A stretch of DNA of 64,000 bases from positions 248,001 to 312,000 of the forward strand of contig NW_025766002.1 of NCBI RefSeq assembly GCF_003918875.1. Reading direction: 5' to 3'. Source of the DNA: Haliotis rubra (Eukaryota). The position numbers and the translations under genes are program-made. The notes beneath the pieces are model-generated. The model was not told the DNA's origin and searched no databases. It saw nothing but the letters and a program-made list of their open reading frames with translations. Each line of letters opens with the position of its first letter. The stretch's first letter is position 1. This document shows, in pieces, positions 24,457-38,695 of the stretch.

Positions 24457-25193
24457 CTAGTCGCTGAGGCACCCCGTTGTCTTCTCTGCAGCATGTGTTG
24501 TGGGGTTCGTACAGCACGGGTACATCGCGTAATGAAATGCCTTGTTTGATGAAGAGAGTCCGTTATAGCCATACGTGGATCCTAACCCTAAGGGTAGAAC
24601 TGGGGGGTAGGGCATTGCAAGAGCAAGACTCCGACCACCGCTCCCGTAGGTGTATCTTATAGAGTTCAGGTGAGCTGTGGGAGGGGATGTGATAGGAGAG
24701 AACGCTGACTTTAGGGAGGGGGATGTGAGTGAGGAGCTGAGATAAGACTGAGGAAACAAACTTGGCGTTGGTGTAGTCTGGCTGAGAGCGGAAGTCGTCT
24801 GCTCGCCATGGTTATTGAGTACCTGCTCGATAGCCTGTACCATGTCGTTTCCACACCCCTGAAGGATGAGCTGAAGTACCCCTCTCTTCATGTGTGGGAA
24901 AATGCGGCACATCATGTCAATTGGGGGACGTTTTCCGGCTCCAGCACGTGCAAGAAAACTAAGTTCATCTGCTGTGGGTTTCGGGAGGTATTCTGAGCGC
25001 ACGTGGTCTATGGCAGTGTTTGCAGGTTCTGGAGACATTTTTGGTGAGATGCTGCGAGTTGGGGAGGGACTGCGGCCGGCGTGTTTTGGTCTGTCTGCCA
25101 TGTCAGGGGACACAGGTCTGGAGTCGGGGTTCGGTGAGGATGCTGCACTACCGGAGTCGGTTGCCACGGGGTCGAGCCGTTGACGCTTCGCAA
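24457..25193 (-). CDS. dmrta2: Doublesex/mab-3-related transcription factor A2-like, coding exon 2 (DMA domain, SAFSP motif, stop TAG)
   Basis: Polypyrimidine acceptor ...TTTTTTTCAG ending at 25194; phase-1 join gives HTP-V-AKRQR; DMA domain RPPIDMMCRIFPHMKRGVLQLILQGCGNDMVQAIEQVLN; 475+737=1212 nt, 403 aa. Confidence 0.93.
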
Positions 25194-25252
25194 CTGAAAA
25201 AAACAATCAACACTTAGGAATCTTGTTGATGGGTGAGGCGGACGCTAGTAAC

Positions 25253-25330
25253 TGGGTTCACATATTACTTCCCATTTTGGCATTCAAACCCGGACCTTCA
25301 GGGTTACGAGCGAACAAGTACTAGCCACAA
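25253..25330 (-). mobile_element. Very degenerate SINE family A head in the Dmrt intron
   Basis: Reverse complement has GTGGCTAGT...CCGGGTTTGAATGCCAAAATGGG...TGTGAACCCA. Confidence 0.5.
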
Positions 25331-28300
25331 AAATCTGATGACGTGTTCAGTTAAAAGGTAAATTTGTATGGGAGTTTTGATGGGGGTTAAGCTTCGAAAG
25401 AAATCCTAATGATTATTTTCAAATTGTAGGTTTATAGTTATACGTACTACTATATTTATTAACTGACTTTTATCCATTTATCCACACTATTGATAGCAGG
25501 TTTTCGTCAATAATATGAATATGTACCAGGGGACACCAGTAATATAGCTAAGTCGTTTAACTGTTACACAAAGCCGATCTCGAACAGGAACTTTCATAAG
25601 CTTCAGGTAGCACTTTAATGTAGTTAACAGTTTGTTTTTTCATGAAACTTCATCAAATTCAGCTCTTTAAAATCCTGTGACCTTGTGTGTTAAGGATAAA
25701 AGAATATAAGACGTCAGCTGGCCCCATAGGCACTTTTCCCATTAGAAGTGTCTTTTGATTATTGCACCAACATGATATACTTGCTAAATTATTGTGCGTG
25801 CAGAATAGGGCTATTCTATTAGTCGACCTTTCAGAGAGCGGTGAAAGAGGCGTAATTTTTACATATACTTTGTATGAGTCGTTATCACGCTTCGGCGAAT
25901 ATCTTAAGACGATATTTGAAAGGCACAATCTTTGAGAACGTCTGTTGGCTTTATATTTATTCTATAAATCAAACACATTAGTGAATAATTACACTAACCG
26001 CATATTCTGAAGCAGAATCTTTCTGGTACCCTGTGGACTTAATGTGCTTACCTAACTTTTGTTAAAAATCAATTGCTAGGAGATATAAAATCCAGAATAT
26101 GAAACATTAATAACAGGGACGGCCAATATCGCCTTGGCTGACTCCAAGCAGACGGATAGTTGAAAATTTTATGGTATAAATGTCCCATTTAAATTTTCGG
26201 AAAGACTGACGAATTGTTTTCTAAAACGCCATACAAGGTATGTCCTTACCCCCCGCTGATGTTCATAAGCCCTGAGCACATTCCCTGTTACCCCTGCGGA
26301 TTTTACGTCGGGTTCTCCGGCATCTATTAAGCTTGATACCCTCAGTAGACTCGAGAACATTAATTGCTAAATGTTCCGATGTTCATTTCAAACAAGCAGT
26401 GTTCATGCGCCGAGAGATAATTTTCACCATGGGCTTTAGAGCTCGATAAAGCCCTTCCATTGAAGATTCTTCACAGTTTGAAGTAAGACATAACACAGGT
26501 TACACTATAGATAATGACCTCCGCACAGTAAGTGAATCTCCCTGAATGCTTGTAGCAGGAACACTTTAACATTGTATTCAGGTTGTAATAAAATCTACCA
26601 CCGTCACATTCCCGAGGTGGTTACTCCTAACGATTCATGACTCGATCATTTATATGTTAATGGTTTGGAATCCTAAAACAGAAAAAGGCTAGCTGAAAAG
26701 GACTGTCTGCCTCCCGGGAATACTGCTTTGTGCTCCTCTTTAGAGTTGGGACGAGTTTTGGTAACATTTGAATCAGAAAAGATTGACCAATAAAACGTTT
26801 CTGGTTGGTCTCTTCCGCGGATTAATCTCACTGTGAGATGTACCACATCTGAGACTTAGAAATCCCCAATTCAGCATAAAAATGAGACATCAAAAAGACT
26901 TTTGTACCTACTGCGACGTGCTACTTAATCCCAGATAGAGGGCATTCTCATACCATATGTCACTATGAGTAGAGCAGAATGAATATAATCATTCGCAACC
27001 ATACAGGAGGCAGTAGCAAGAAACTTTTTGGACACACGCAGCTTGTAGCATTTTAGTGCTTTACATCTTTAATCGACTGGTACAGCCTGAAAGATGTTTC
27101 TAACTTATACCGATAAAAGATGCTTACCTCAAATGAAAAATAACGCAGACTCTAACATTTGATATAGTTTAGTACAATTTGATACTGCTGATATCACAGG
27201 TATTCTCAGGTGTAATTTGTCATCATTATGCATGAGTATCGAATTTACATCCGCCTTGCATACTTGCATACTCGAGTCAGCGATAACAGCAAATAAATCC
27301 TTCCTCAGGTCATAAACACGTCCACCTGTATGAGTGATGAGCGGCTATCATCTACCTTAGTATATCTACATGCGTAGGTTTTGGGGGGGAATTGTTAGGT
27401 TTGTACATATTTTTTTCATTTGTGTTAAGTTTATATTTTTTAGAGATGGGCGTGGTCTCTTTTTAATTGTACATTATTTGCTAGAAATTGAATCGCATAT
27501 ATCAGTAAATGAATAATATATACTAGAAAATTCAACGGAATCCATCAAAGGAAGATCATATAGAGCAATGAAGGACGGCATCTGATCACTGAGCAAAGGC
27601 ATATATATATATCTTCATAAAAGCTCCATTAACAGGTAAACAAATGCACAGCACTCACTGATTCCTAACGAGAGAAGGCTGTGAAATACTGGATAAGGAA
27701 TTACCCTTCTTATTGTACATATTGAGTATATCGACTGGCATTCGTATTTGTGAAAATGATGCCCCAACTATTGAAATGCATACTGTCCTTTTGACAGGAG
27801 TCAGTGACGTAGTTGTCAGCCATTATGTGTTCTGTCAGTGCCTTGCAATGATTCATAAACACTGGCGGAGAAAAGATCGAACCTTTAACCCCATTAACAC
27901 TCTGAAACTTCATATCTGATTTGAGAACAAAGACTTTCAGAAATACACATTTAAGCTTTTATGATTGGTTGAAACTCGAGCACTTGTCTTTTATTGAATG
28001 TTCCATATTTGAAACAAATACACAGGTAAAATACTTTTCTGACATGGATTGTTAGACCAGCCTGTTCATTCGGGTGTAAAAGTGACATATTAATTGTCTC
28101 CCACTGGTGCTGTCACGTCAAGTATGGAGACTTGTTTGCCATCTTCCCAAGTCTCACTCGAAACCTGCGCGACTGTAAAAGGACATAATCAATCATTTCA
28201 GGTTGGGGTGGCCGTTGATTGGTGCATATTGCCAAAATAAAGACAGATCCGTGTCACTTAAACCAGTCTGGATTGTTACGGTGATTTGTAACATGTTTTT

Positions 28301-31300
28301 TGTTGTCTGGACTCGTATTAAGTTTCACATGTCCTTCATTCCCCTGACCACAAGTGCCGCTCGCTCCTTTGTTTAAAATGCAGTTAAATATCTGTAAATC
28401 GTCTTTCATACGAGTAATTTAAAGGTAAGGCTGTTGACAAGGGTAAAGATTGCCCCTGAAAGAGCGCAAGGCTGAGAGAGTGACCCTGCCTACCCCCGTG
28501 CTGCGTGATGAATACCTTTTGCCATGTCAACACTATAGTTGATGTGAAATAAACCCTACGAAGTTAGAGTAAGCCTAACAAAAGGGTTGAGAAGAGAGGA
28601 CAAATGGCTATGATGGAGAGAACAAATGTCTATGATAGAGAAAACATTAAACCTGGCATGAAGAACTTTGTCAACAACATCAAGGGGGATAGCTGTCCCC
28701 AGGACTCTTGATTTTAGGCACCTTCATTACAGTACTTCAGGGATAAAGAACGCTTGTTGTGGCTATTCAGTCTTCGAAACGACAAGTGACGTGAAAGATC
28801 TACTTTGTCATTTACTGATGTTAATTTAAAGATAAATTGGCCATTGGTTTTGTGATACCACCTGTGAGACGTTTCAGCGTAGTTGAACTAGTTCGCCTGG
28901 AAATGTATGAAATTATCTCATAAACAGTTTTAACATTTTGATAGACCATCACAGAGTAAAGTTACATTGTAGATGTAACACTTACATCACATCACAGTTT
29001 ACATTGCATTGATGTGATATACGCCTGTATGTACATATACATGACTTAACCATTGAATACCAGTGTTGCAAGACGATCGGTATATGTAATTTAGAATGTT
29101 TTGCTTGATGGGCCTGCATGATTAATGCTCATAACATTTTCTCCTGTGTACGTAGTACATATAACTCATTCCCTTCAAAATATGTATCACATCCATAATG
29201 GTGTAAATACTTAAATGCTGGCGTCATTGATTCATTTTGTTACACGTTGATGAATCAGACACTACAACACATTTTGACTCATCAAAGTGTTTCGGCGAAA
29301 AAAACATTGTGCTAAAGACATTGAAAGGTAACTACGTAAAATACTCTAACACCAAAGACTTTTGTGAAATATGGCTATTTGTTCGGCATGAAAAGGATCG
29401 ATGAACAGTGACGAAAATGTTATCTTTACATACAACGTTAATGGCCATTGTCCTGCCATATGGTCACCACAGTCCATATTCTATGTCAGCTATTGTCACA
29501 AATCATCATTCTCTACATAATTCGTGCGCACGTACCACATTAACAGCAGACAAACTGGCACAACTGGAATTCTCAAGATATTTGAAATCCCAAAGAGGTT
29601 TACAAATTATCTTCTTATTACTTAACCCTTAAAGGGTTAACTGTACTTCAATGGTGCACAACTGCGGTTCAACACTGCATATACATGTCAGCCCGAAATA
29701 CGATTTATCTTCAAGTTGTGAATTCTAAACTCGTTTTAACATCCAAGGGTTCCTATATGTCTGTTTAGCCTGTCGCCATATCTACCCAACCGAAAGGTGA
29801 ATAATGTTAACGACTTGAAAACAGCTCATCCTTAACTTTTTCAAGCACAAGTTTTCTTTTCGTCACTTATGAACGACACCATAGCACGCAAAGGGCCTAT
29901 CTAGCGCTATACAATATATCTTATTTCTTAACAACCAGTAACTCTTTTGTTCCAAGTATGTATCGGGATTTCAGATGACAATCCATCTATGCACCATACT
30001 CAGAAGCCGTTGAAACTAAGGACTATTAGACAACCACTTCAATTTCAAAGGTAATGGAAGAGGTGGACACAAATTAGCTCCAATTACGGGTATATATTCA
30101 GCATATTACTATGTCTCCTTCACCCAAACTACTGTCATTTCTTTCATCATGCCGCGGACGTCAAAAGCAGACAAACACATTAAAAAGACTCTACGCTCTG
30201 AATTTGTCCATTGACTTCTTTATATCGCCTTTATGTCTATTTCATGTACTGGGGACACATTTTCAGTACATCACCCGTCATCTAGAGCTCCTTAAGTGAT
30301 CCTCCCATGCATCCCACGAATGGACAAATTGTGTGGAGTGTCCATCTTGTAGATGGTCATTCGAGCGGTCAAGCAATCAAAGTACTATGTGGTCAGTACC
30401 GTGAGTGATTTCATGAACTCCCGCCTGGGAGGAAGTTGTCCTACTGAGAAATATGTGTACGTGAACCGGTACAGGCGCGGTCACTCGGTACATAGACCTA
30501 TTACATTATGCGAAATGTTCGACAGAATTGGTTGAAGTGGTTTTAAGTAACTTTAATGTATTGCTCAATCGCAACAGCTTTCATCTCCATGCTATTGTAT
30601 CGAGAGTGATAAATATTACGCTCAATATCATATCTGTACAGGAAAGGGTATTAAACTATTAAAATTGTAGTTTTTGTATTTTGAATCGCATTTGTGAAGA
30701 ACATATTTGGACAACCATGACAAATAATATCCTTGAAGCCTCAACACAGACATACAGTAAATACGTTTGATGTCTTTGTTCTCTTGTAATCAGGACAGCT
30801 CTTTTTGCACCGTAAGGATGTATTTGTTAAAGTCGAAACTGAACAAGAACCAGGTAGCAGAATTTCTGTTTGCAGGAACAGCTGTTGTTTTGCCTGAGAG
30901 ATACAGTTGAAGTAAATTATGTGATTAACAATATATGATGTTTGTGCTAATATTTAAAAATGAACATTATAGCGTTCGTTTATATAATTACCATTTTTCG
31001 TGAAAAAATATATGTTATTACAAAAGCATATAACTGTGTTACAACTGCTTCAAATGTGAATGAAATTATAATTACCTTTCACGAGTGTCTTTTCAAAGAT
31101 ATTCTCTGAAGTTAACAGGAAATATCATAACTAGAATATTATTTTTTCTTTACCAGAAAACTCCAATGGTCTTCAATCTTATTCCGACATGGACGGATGA
31201 AAGATATTTGAAATGCAGTGACAACAGCGAACAAACTTTTTTTAAATTTCATAAAATCGGTTTGTAACGTGCCAGTGCCTCTGAGATTGAAACAGATAGA

Positions 31301-32267
31301 AGGTCGCACCGACGTCATCACAACAAAGGATGGAATGTTACCCTTGATGAGATACGACCTTAAAGTCACGCAAAGTCTCACGAGCGTAGTAAAACGAGAT
31401 TCGTTTTTTGATTAACAGTTTCACTTTTGCACCTTCTTCACCTGTGTTTGGGTATACTTTAAGTTTTTGTGATTTAATTTAAAACATTGAAACTATTAAA
31501 AGAGAAAAAACTTCCTGTTTTGATACAGCTTTATATTTATGCATATTGTTAAACACATTTACATAGCCAGTCTAGTTTTGAGTAATTATCCACCATAAAT
31601 ATCTACGGAATTATAAGTCAATATCTTTGAATGATTAAATCATGGTAAAAAGATGAAAGAAATTGTAAGCTATTATGAACATAAAAGTGTTTTCCATTAT
31701 GTAAATGGAGAATGTATAATAGATTTTCTTAAATACAAGAATATTAAGCCGTCATTTAGGATAAGTACTTACTCTTTTAAATTTCATTCCAAATACAGAA
31801 ACCCTTTTGTTTTCATACAGATATAATCCTTGAAATCATCTTTAGAAGGTTCCATATGATGCTAACATCCCTTAAATTTGGATATGACGTATTCATGTGT
31901 TTGCATTGTACACTTATATGCTTTTACATAATTTGCAGAAAAGAATATATGTAGAGGTTGTACCAATGATATATGAAATGGAATCAGATATCACCACACA
32001 GTCAGGGTAAAACTGGTCGGCTTTATCATACGCTGATAGATTCGATGTTGTAAATTTCGAAGAATTTTTACAACATTAAACAGTAACTGCCAAGGTGTCA
32101 TTTGTCAAAGGCCGGAATAATACGATGTCATTATGAAGCCAAACATACAGACAATTCACAGAAGATGTTCTTCTGATACTCACAAACCACATCTCTCTGA
32201 TGTTTGTTCTATTTATTAAATATGATCTGTTACTATGACGTGATTAGTATAATTGAGCATGACGTAC

Positions 32268-32742
32268 CTGGAGTATGATTGGAGTCGTCGACTGGCAGTG
32301 GGGGTGATGACGTTTCTAAAGAGTTGCTTCTTGACGTCGGAGAGGAACCACCGGTTGTGTTAGGAAACGATGGTGTATCGGAGTCAAAGATGTGCACATT
32401 TTCACGATTAATAGACAACAAACCGCCAGGGCCGTACAGGAGTCCTAGTTCACGGGCCTCGTTCTCTTCCTGGGCCTGCTGCCTTCGTAAGGCCACTTGA
32501 GCAGCCATGACTCTCTGTCTTTCGGCAATAAGTGTACATTTGGCACAAACACAATCTCTCCAACGACAGTATCTCTTATGTCCTTTAAGAGCCGAGACGA
32601 CTCCATGGTTCCGACAGCGAGCACATTTAGGTGTCCTTGGATACCTGTCGGATGCACGGATGAAGAGCGGGGCGTGAGGATGGGATGAGCTGCCAGTCGC
32701 ACCCTCAGGATGACTTCTGTCTTCATCAGCTGATGAACTCAT
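32268..32742 (-). CDS. dmrta2: Doublesex/mab-3-related transcription factor A2-like, coding exon 1 (DM domain)
   Basis: ATG in AAACCATG context; [70 protein letters not shown] typical of DMRTA/Dmrt99B; donor CAG|GTACGT at 32268/32267; intron 7074 bp. Confidence 0.96.
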
Positions 32743-32909
32743 GGTTTATGGGTCTAGGGTCTATCTGTCCAAGACGTTCCTTTCCCTGGAGGTAACAGAC
32801 TGTATCTAGAAAGCTAGGAGTTCTACCCTGCTATTTGAAGTAATACAAAACACACATAACACTGTCGTCCGGAAGAAGTCGGAGCTTTAATTGCCTGTCA
32901 GCACGTTCA

Positions 32910-33060
32910 CGATCACTGACTGGTTTATCGAGTGATCAAACCACGCCTCCTTTCATCCCTCGGGTTGTTATCGGAGTAATTACCTGACTCGTAACACTAA
33001 ATAGGCTGTGAGCGGTTGTGATTGGCTGAAAGCGAAGGAGTGACATCGTGATTGACAAGC
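32910..33060 (-). promoter_or_regulatory. Candidate TATA-less core promoter of the Dmrt gene
   Basis: Minus strand: NF-Y box AGCCAATCA (CCAAT at 33025-33021), GC-box-like GGAGGCGTGG (32950-32941), Inr-like TCAGT (32919-32915). Confidence 0.45.
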
Positions 33061-36000
33061 TCTCGGGGTCCATGTTAAACAGGTAACCGATCAGAGGATC
33101 ACTTTTCGACACCTGCTCACAAAGTGGGAAGAGTCAACTACCGTAGAACCGCCTCGAGAAGACGCATCAGCCTGTGTATAGTGAAAAACGTCATAGGACG
33201 GGTTGATGGTAAATCCTCACCCAACCCGAACCACTAAACAAGAAGCATTTGAATCAGTTTACAAACAGGGAAATGGTTTAATTCGCGCAACGCCTGGCTA
33301 ATCAGAAACACACTTTACACAGATTGCAGTTTGTTAAAAATCTGGATGTTTCTTGGTTTATCAACGTTTCCTGGGTAACACGGGTGACTTTCAAACTTTC
33401 CACATTCTGTGACGATGCTCGGCTTGATATGATAACCAAACACACCATTCACGCCTGTTCGTTTTCTTTGTACGAGCTTATTGTCCTGCGAACCCTGCAG
33501 GGCTATTTGTCTTCTATGTCCCCCTCGCTGACAGCCCCTCGAACATAGGCTTGAGAAAAGCAAATCGCCATCCTAGAAACAAATACCCTCTCCAAGTTCA
33601 TACCCGAACAAAAAAACAATGTTGAAATACCTCGATTCATTTTAATCGGAAAACAAGAATGTTTACTAATCATTTCAAGTGTTATTGGATCTCATTTCCG
33701 ACAAGAAACAAAGTACCCCTTTTCCTGTTTATTTTGTATATTGAAATTCTGATGTACCCCTGGGAAAGAGCGTGTTGCCAACTCGGAGATGTCACACATC
33801 TAATCAAATGTAAAATGAGAGTTAATTGCTACTTTATATACGCATGACTTCCCGATAGTGTCTATGTTTAAACTCTTTTTAATAGTTTTATGTTGCTATT
33901 ACAACATATTTCTGTCGGGACAAAAAATGAGGAACATTTCATGGTGTCAGTCCCATTCCTATTTTAAAAGTGCTTAAACCAAATGGTGAATAGCAATAAG
34001 AATAAAATACAAATGCACACCAAGTGAATTTTTAATCATACCGTATCTCAGAACCAAAGCTTTGAAACTAAAACAATAATTTCTTAAAACTGTAAATAAC
34101 ATTTATAATAAAAATATATATTCTACTCGCAAACATTCCGATGTTTTACAATCAATTTTACACTCAACATAACAACACAAATCTAAAATACACGAACGGC
34201 TTTATGCTGATATCATATGTAAATTTCAAAAAAAAGCTGTGACAAATAGACACAATTCTATTTTGAATTGCAAATATGACACTCTCTAACATTAGGAAGT
34301 GTACCATCTGCAACTTAATAACTATCCATACCAGTGGCAACCCTTTTAGAGAAGTGATGCCTTCCCTACACATATCATTCGTCATGCTCGATTATAATAT
34401 ACCCTTGTATACATATGTTTAAAAATTATGGCCTCTTGCCAATAGTTATGATTTCCCATGCATAAATATATACTTAGAAAATTGTCTGGTATTTTGATCG
34501 AAGATAAGGCTATTCACTAAAAATAGATAGATTCAATAACCGTTTGCGAAGCAGTAATAGTAAAAGTAGTCTCTAATTGCTTGGGAAAGGTCAATGTTTA
34601 TATATATTCCGATCATGCTCCCACCATTTGTAGCTCATCATAAACAGCCCTGTGTTCTTGTTACATGTTTTGTTCTGGACGCAAGAGCCTTGACACAGTA
34701 GATGCATATTCAAATAATTCCTGAGTGAAATTACTGCCATCTACATTTGCCACTCATGAAAGTCACACGTGAATTAGGATCTTGGGAGTTAAGGAGCCAT
34801 GCATGAATGCAAAACTGAAGTAGACAGCCGACTGAAAGAGCTTATTATGTGAGACGTTTGTCGTGATGCTGCTCTCATAATGTTTCGGTGTCTTTGTATA
34901 AGCTGGAGATTCTGTAGCGATGATAATTGTGATGGCATAGGTGTTTTAACCCTGTTCAGTGTCTGTAAACTCGTGTGGGACTGGCCTATAGCGATACAAC
35001 GACTCTATCGTCTTGTGACTTTCTATGAGGAGTTCTACGGTTAGAAGACGTCGCACGGGACAATTTTTCCAAATGCTCTGTTTGTTGCCTGTCTTGTTCG
35101 TCCTATTGTTCATGACGTGGGAGGGTCGTGGTTTCACTGACACTGAGGCTCTACGACATATGGGAATGGAAGGACACAAACCTCATTCCCATGTTGTCGT
35201 TTGATTAAACCATTATCGTTTTATATGCATGAATACCGGTGAGCGATTTTGAAATAAATAAAATTCTAATTAGGTGTTTGGATGGTATATAAAGTGTATT
35301 GTTTATTCTGAAGCTTAGTTTATGTTTTGGATATATCATACCACACATCAAATCAATGTAAGTTGTTTTAAAGATATATTTAGGTTTTAGATATTGCACG
35401 TGTACGACTTAATCACAATACTGATGTTTCGTAAATAATACACTCTTGAATATTTTGTTTTATGTGTTAGAATTTTTCCCTTTAGTCGCATAAGATGTAT
35501 TTATATCATATTATCATGTAAGATATTTTATAATCATATGATCAGACATTTATGTTTTATGCAATGTGATGGTATTTATTCAACATCAGGATGCTATCGC
35601 ATATCAATCTATTGTATAATTTATTATACTGTTGTTCGTCTAATCAATAACCTTTTGAAAGTTGACGTTGTAAACAACATCCACGGTGTTCCTGATCTAA
35701 ATTCTCCCTGATGCATTACACTTAGGTGTGAACGCGGGCTTGAGTGCGCATATTAGTTAAGGTACTTTATATTTAATGTTTATTCAATCTGGACCTGAAG
35801 CATTAAATTAATAATAAATTAATAATTTAAATTCTGAATACTGAAGATAAGGAAACAGAAATCAGTTTACTTTCATATAACAAAGTACAAATGTACTGAA
35901 ACGACTGATTATATAAAGGACAGCAAACTTACCTTGTACAATGTTAGTTAAATATTCCGTGTCTAATGATGCGCTTTAAAGGCACTATGTGGATTTGTAG

Positions 36001-37334
36001 GATATTGATCGCAAAGCACTTCCTAAAATGTGATGCAATAACAGCACGTATAATTAAAAGCTATGATACATATGTGACGTAAAAAATCTTATAATTATTT
36101 TTAAATCTGTTTTAAACTATAAGTATGTATTTTCTCGGAAAATGAGCTAAAATTGTCAGAATGTAACATATACTCAAAGGAACACCACTGGAGTTTACAA
36201 TTATTCTCAAGTCGTAAAGTTTCCCCTAGCGTTCCCTTTTGTTATTTTTTTCACGCTTAATCATCGCACTATCTATATCACCTACACATCTGTTTGTTAT
36301 TTTGAGACGATTCAAGCAATAGGGTCTATAGCCATTAGTATTCCCCATGATTGTGATATTTTCCTGAAGAAGAATGTCAATAGCAGCTATTAGTAAACAC
36401 CTTGCTCTGAGTTCTCGCGATCCAATAACAATTCAAAGATACGAGGATACATGATTTTTTTTATGTGTTTATAGGATAAGGCTATACTGACAACCGGCAC
36501 GCGAGGTTCTGATTTATTTCAACAGTCTGGTTTTCAGTTTCAGAGTTTTATTTTCATGATGAGTATCATCTTTGCTCCTCTGAAACATATAGCTTACTGC
36601 CTTGTGGACAATTAAAGCTTCTTGTAAAATCAAATTCGAACTTACCGACCTGGAAGAGGAGCTGTATGGTCGAGATACATGTACCAGTTCTGTTTGACTT
36701 TAGTTAAATGTACATGGATTTGTCCAGTATTATGAGCGAGTGAGTGAGTGAGTGAGTGTTTTCAGTGTCTGGCGGCTTAATGCATGAAGAAAGATCGAAC
36801 TACTGCTGGTTTCAGTCATTTATCATTTTGCTGATACCCAGGAACACCGGTATGGTGCTGCTAAAGCCAGATACATGGGTACGAAGTAACAGCATAGGTA
36901 GAAAGAACACAGCATCATGTTTCTGGCGTGTCCAAGGAAACACGAAATTTGGCACACGGTAATTCAGAATACAGTTTTGCCGTACGCATTTATCAGGATA
37001 CATGTTACTTCTATCAATCACATGTGCGGAATTCAGAAGGAAAGACATGGAAATCATAGTAAAGATTGAAAAATTCAACGCCAGGAAACAATCAGTTAAG
37101 TATGGAAAATTATTCCAGCAGAAGCCTGGTGTCGCTGACTGTGACATAAAACATCATTCATTCAGTTGCAAAAACATCATCTGGAATAAGGTTAGAGTAT
37201 GCCAGTGTTCAGGCATCTCTATCAGGTGATTACAGTAATCAAGGCGGTGCCATTGTAGTAATTCAAGGTCTTGTTCCTCAAAACCATACTATCGCTATGA
37301 TTGCAGTAAATATTCACTAAATATGGGCGTTAAC

Positions 37335-38695
37335 AAAGTTAAAGCATAACAGTTACTACGTTAAAACTTTTGGAGTTACGTCTAAGCATAGGCGTTACAA
37401 CGTTTCTAAAGCATGAGTTACTTGGTTTAAGCATGGGAGATACTACGCTAATGGGAATTACTACGTTAAAGCATAGTAGTTACTACGTTTATAGGAATTA
37501 CAAAGTTTTAGCATGGGAGGTACTAAGTTTATAGGAATTACAAAGTTTAAGCATGGGAGGTACTAAGGTTATAGGAATTACAAAGTTTAAGCATGGGAGG
37601 TACTAAGTTTAAGCATGGGAGTTACTACGTTTATAGGAATTACAAAGTTTAAGCATGGGAGTTACTACGTTTATAGGAATTACAAAGTTTAAGCATGGGA
37701 GGTACTAAGTTTATAGGAATTACAAAGTTTAAGCATGGGAGGTACTAAGGTTATAGGAATTACAAAGTTTAAGCATGGGAGGTACTAAGTTTATAGGAAT
37801 TACAAAGTTTAAGCATGGGAGGTACTAAGTTTACAAAGTTTAAGCATGGGAGGTACTAAGTTTATAGGAATTACAAAGTTTAAGCATGGGAGGTACTAAG
37901 TTTATAGGAATTACAAAGTTTAAGCATGGGAGGTACTAAGTTTATAGGAATTACAAAGTTTAAGCATGGGAGGTACTAAGTTTATAGGAATTACAAAGTT
38001 TAAGCATGGGAGGTACTAAGTTTATAGGAATTACAAAGTTTAAGCATGGGAGGTACTAAGTTTATAGGAATTACAAAGTTTAAGCATGGGAGGTACTAAG
38101 TTTATAGGAATTACAAAGTTTAAGCATGGGAGGTACTAAGTTTATAGGAATTACAAAGTTTAAGCATGGGAGGTACTAAGTTTATAGGAATTACAAAGTT
38201 TAAGCATGGGAGGTACTAAGTTTATAGGAATTACAAAGTTTAAGCATGGGAGGTACTAAGTTTATAGGAATTACAAAGTTTAAGCATGGGAGGTACTAAG
38301 GTTATATAATTACAAAGTTTAAGCATGGGAGGTACTAAGTTTATAGGAATTACAAAGTTTAAGCATGGGAGGTACTAAGTTTATAGGAATTACAAAGTTT
38401 AAGCATGGGAGGTACTAAGTTTATAGGAATTACAAAGTTTAAGCATGGGAGGTACTAAGTTTATAGGAATTACAAAGTTTAAGCATGGGAGGTACTAAGT
38501 TTATAGGAATTACAAAGTTTAAGCATGGGAGGTACTAAGTTTATAGGAATTACAAAGTTTAAGCATGGGAGGTACTAAGTTTATAGGAATTACAAAGTTT
38601 AAGCATGGGAGGTACAAAGTTTAAGCATAGTAGTTACTACGTTAAAGCATGAGTTACTACGTTAAAGCATCGGGAGTTACTATGTTAAACTATAG
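37335..38695. repeat. 40-bp minisatellite (AAGCATGGGAGGTACTAAGTTTATAGGAATTACAAAGTTT), ~28 units at 37490-38620, flanked by ~20-bp monomers
   Basis: Direct reading; period 40. Confidence 0.97.

Noticed and set aside
24477-25217. Plus-strand and alternate-frame ORFs over the Dmrt exons
   Set aside because: Shadows of the GC-richer coding sequence
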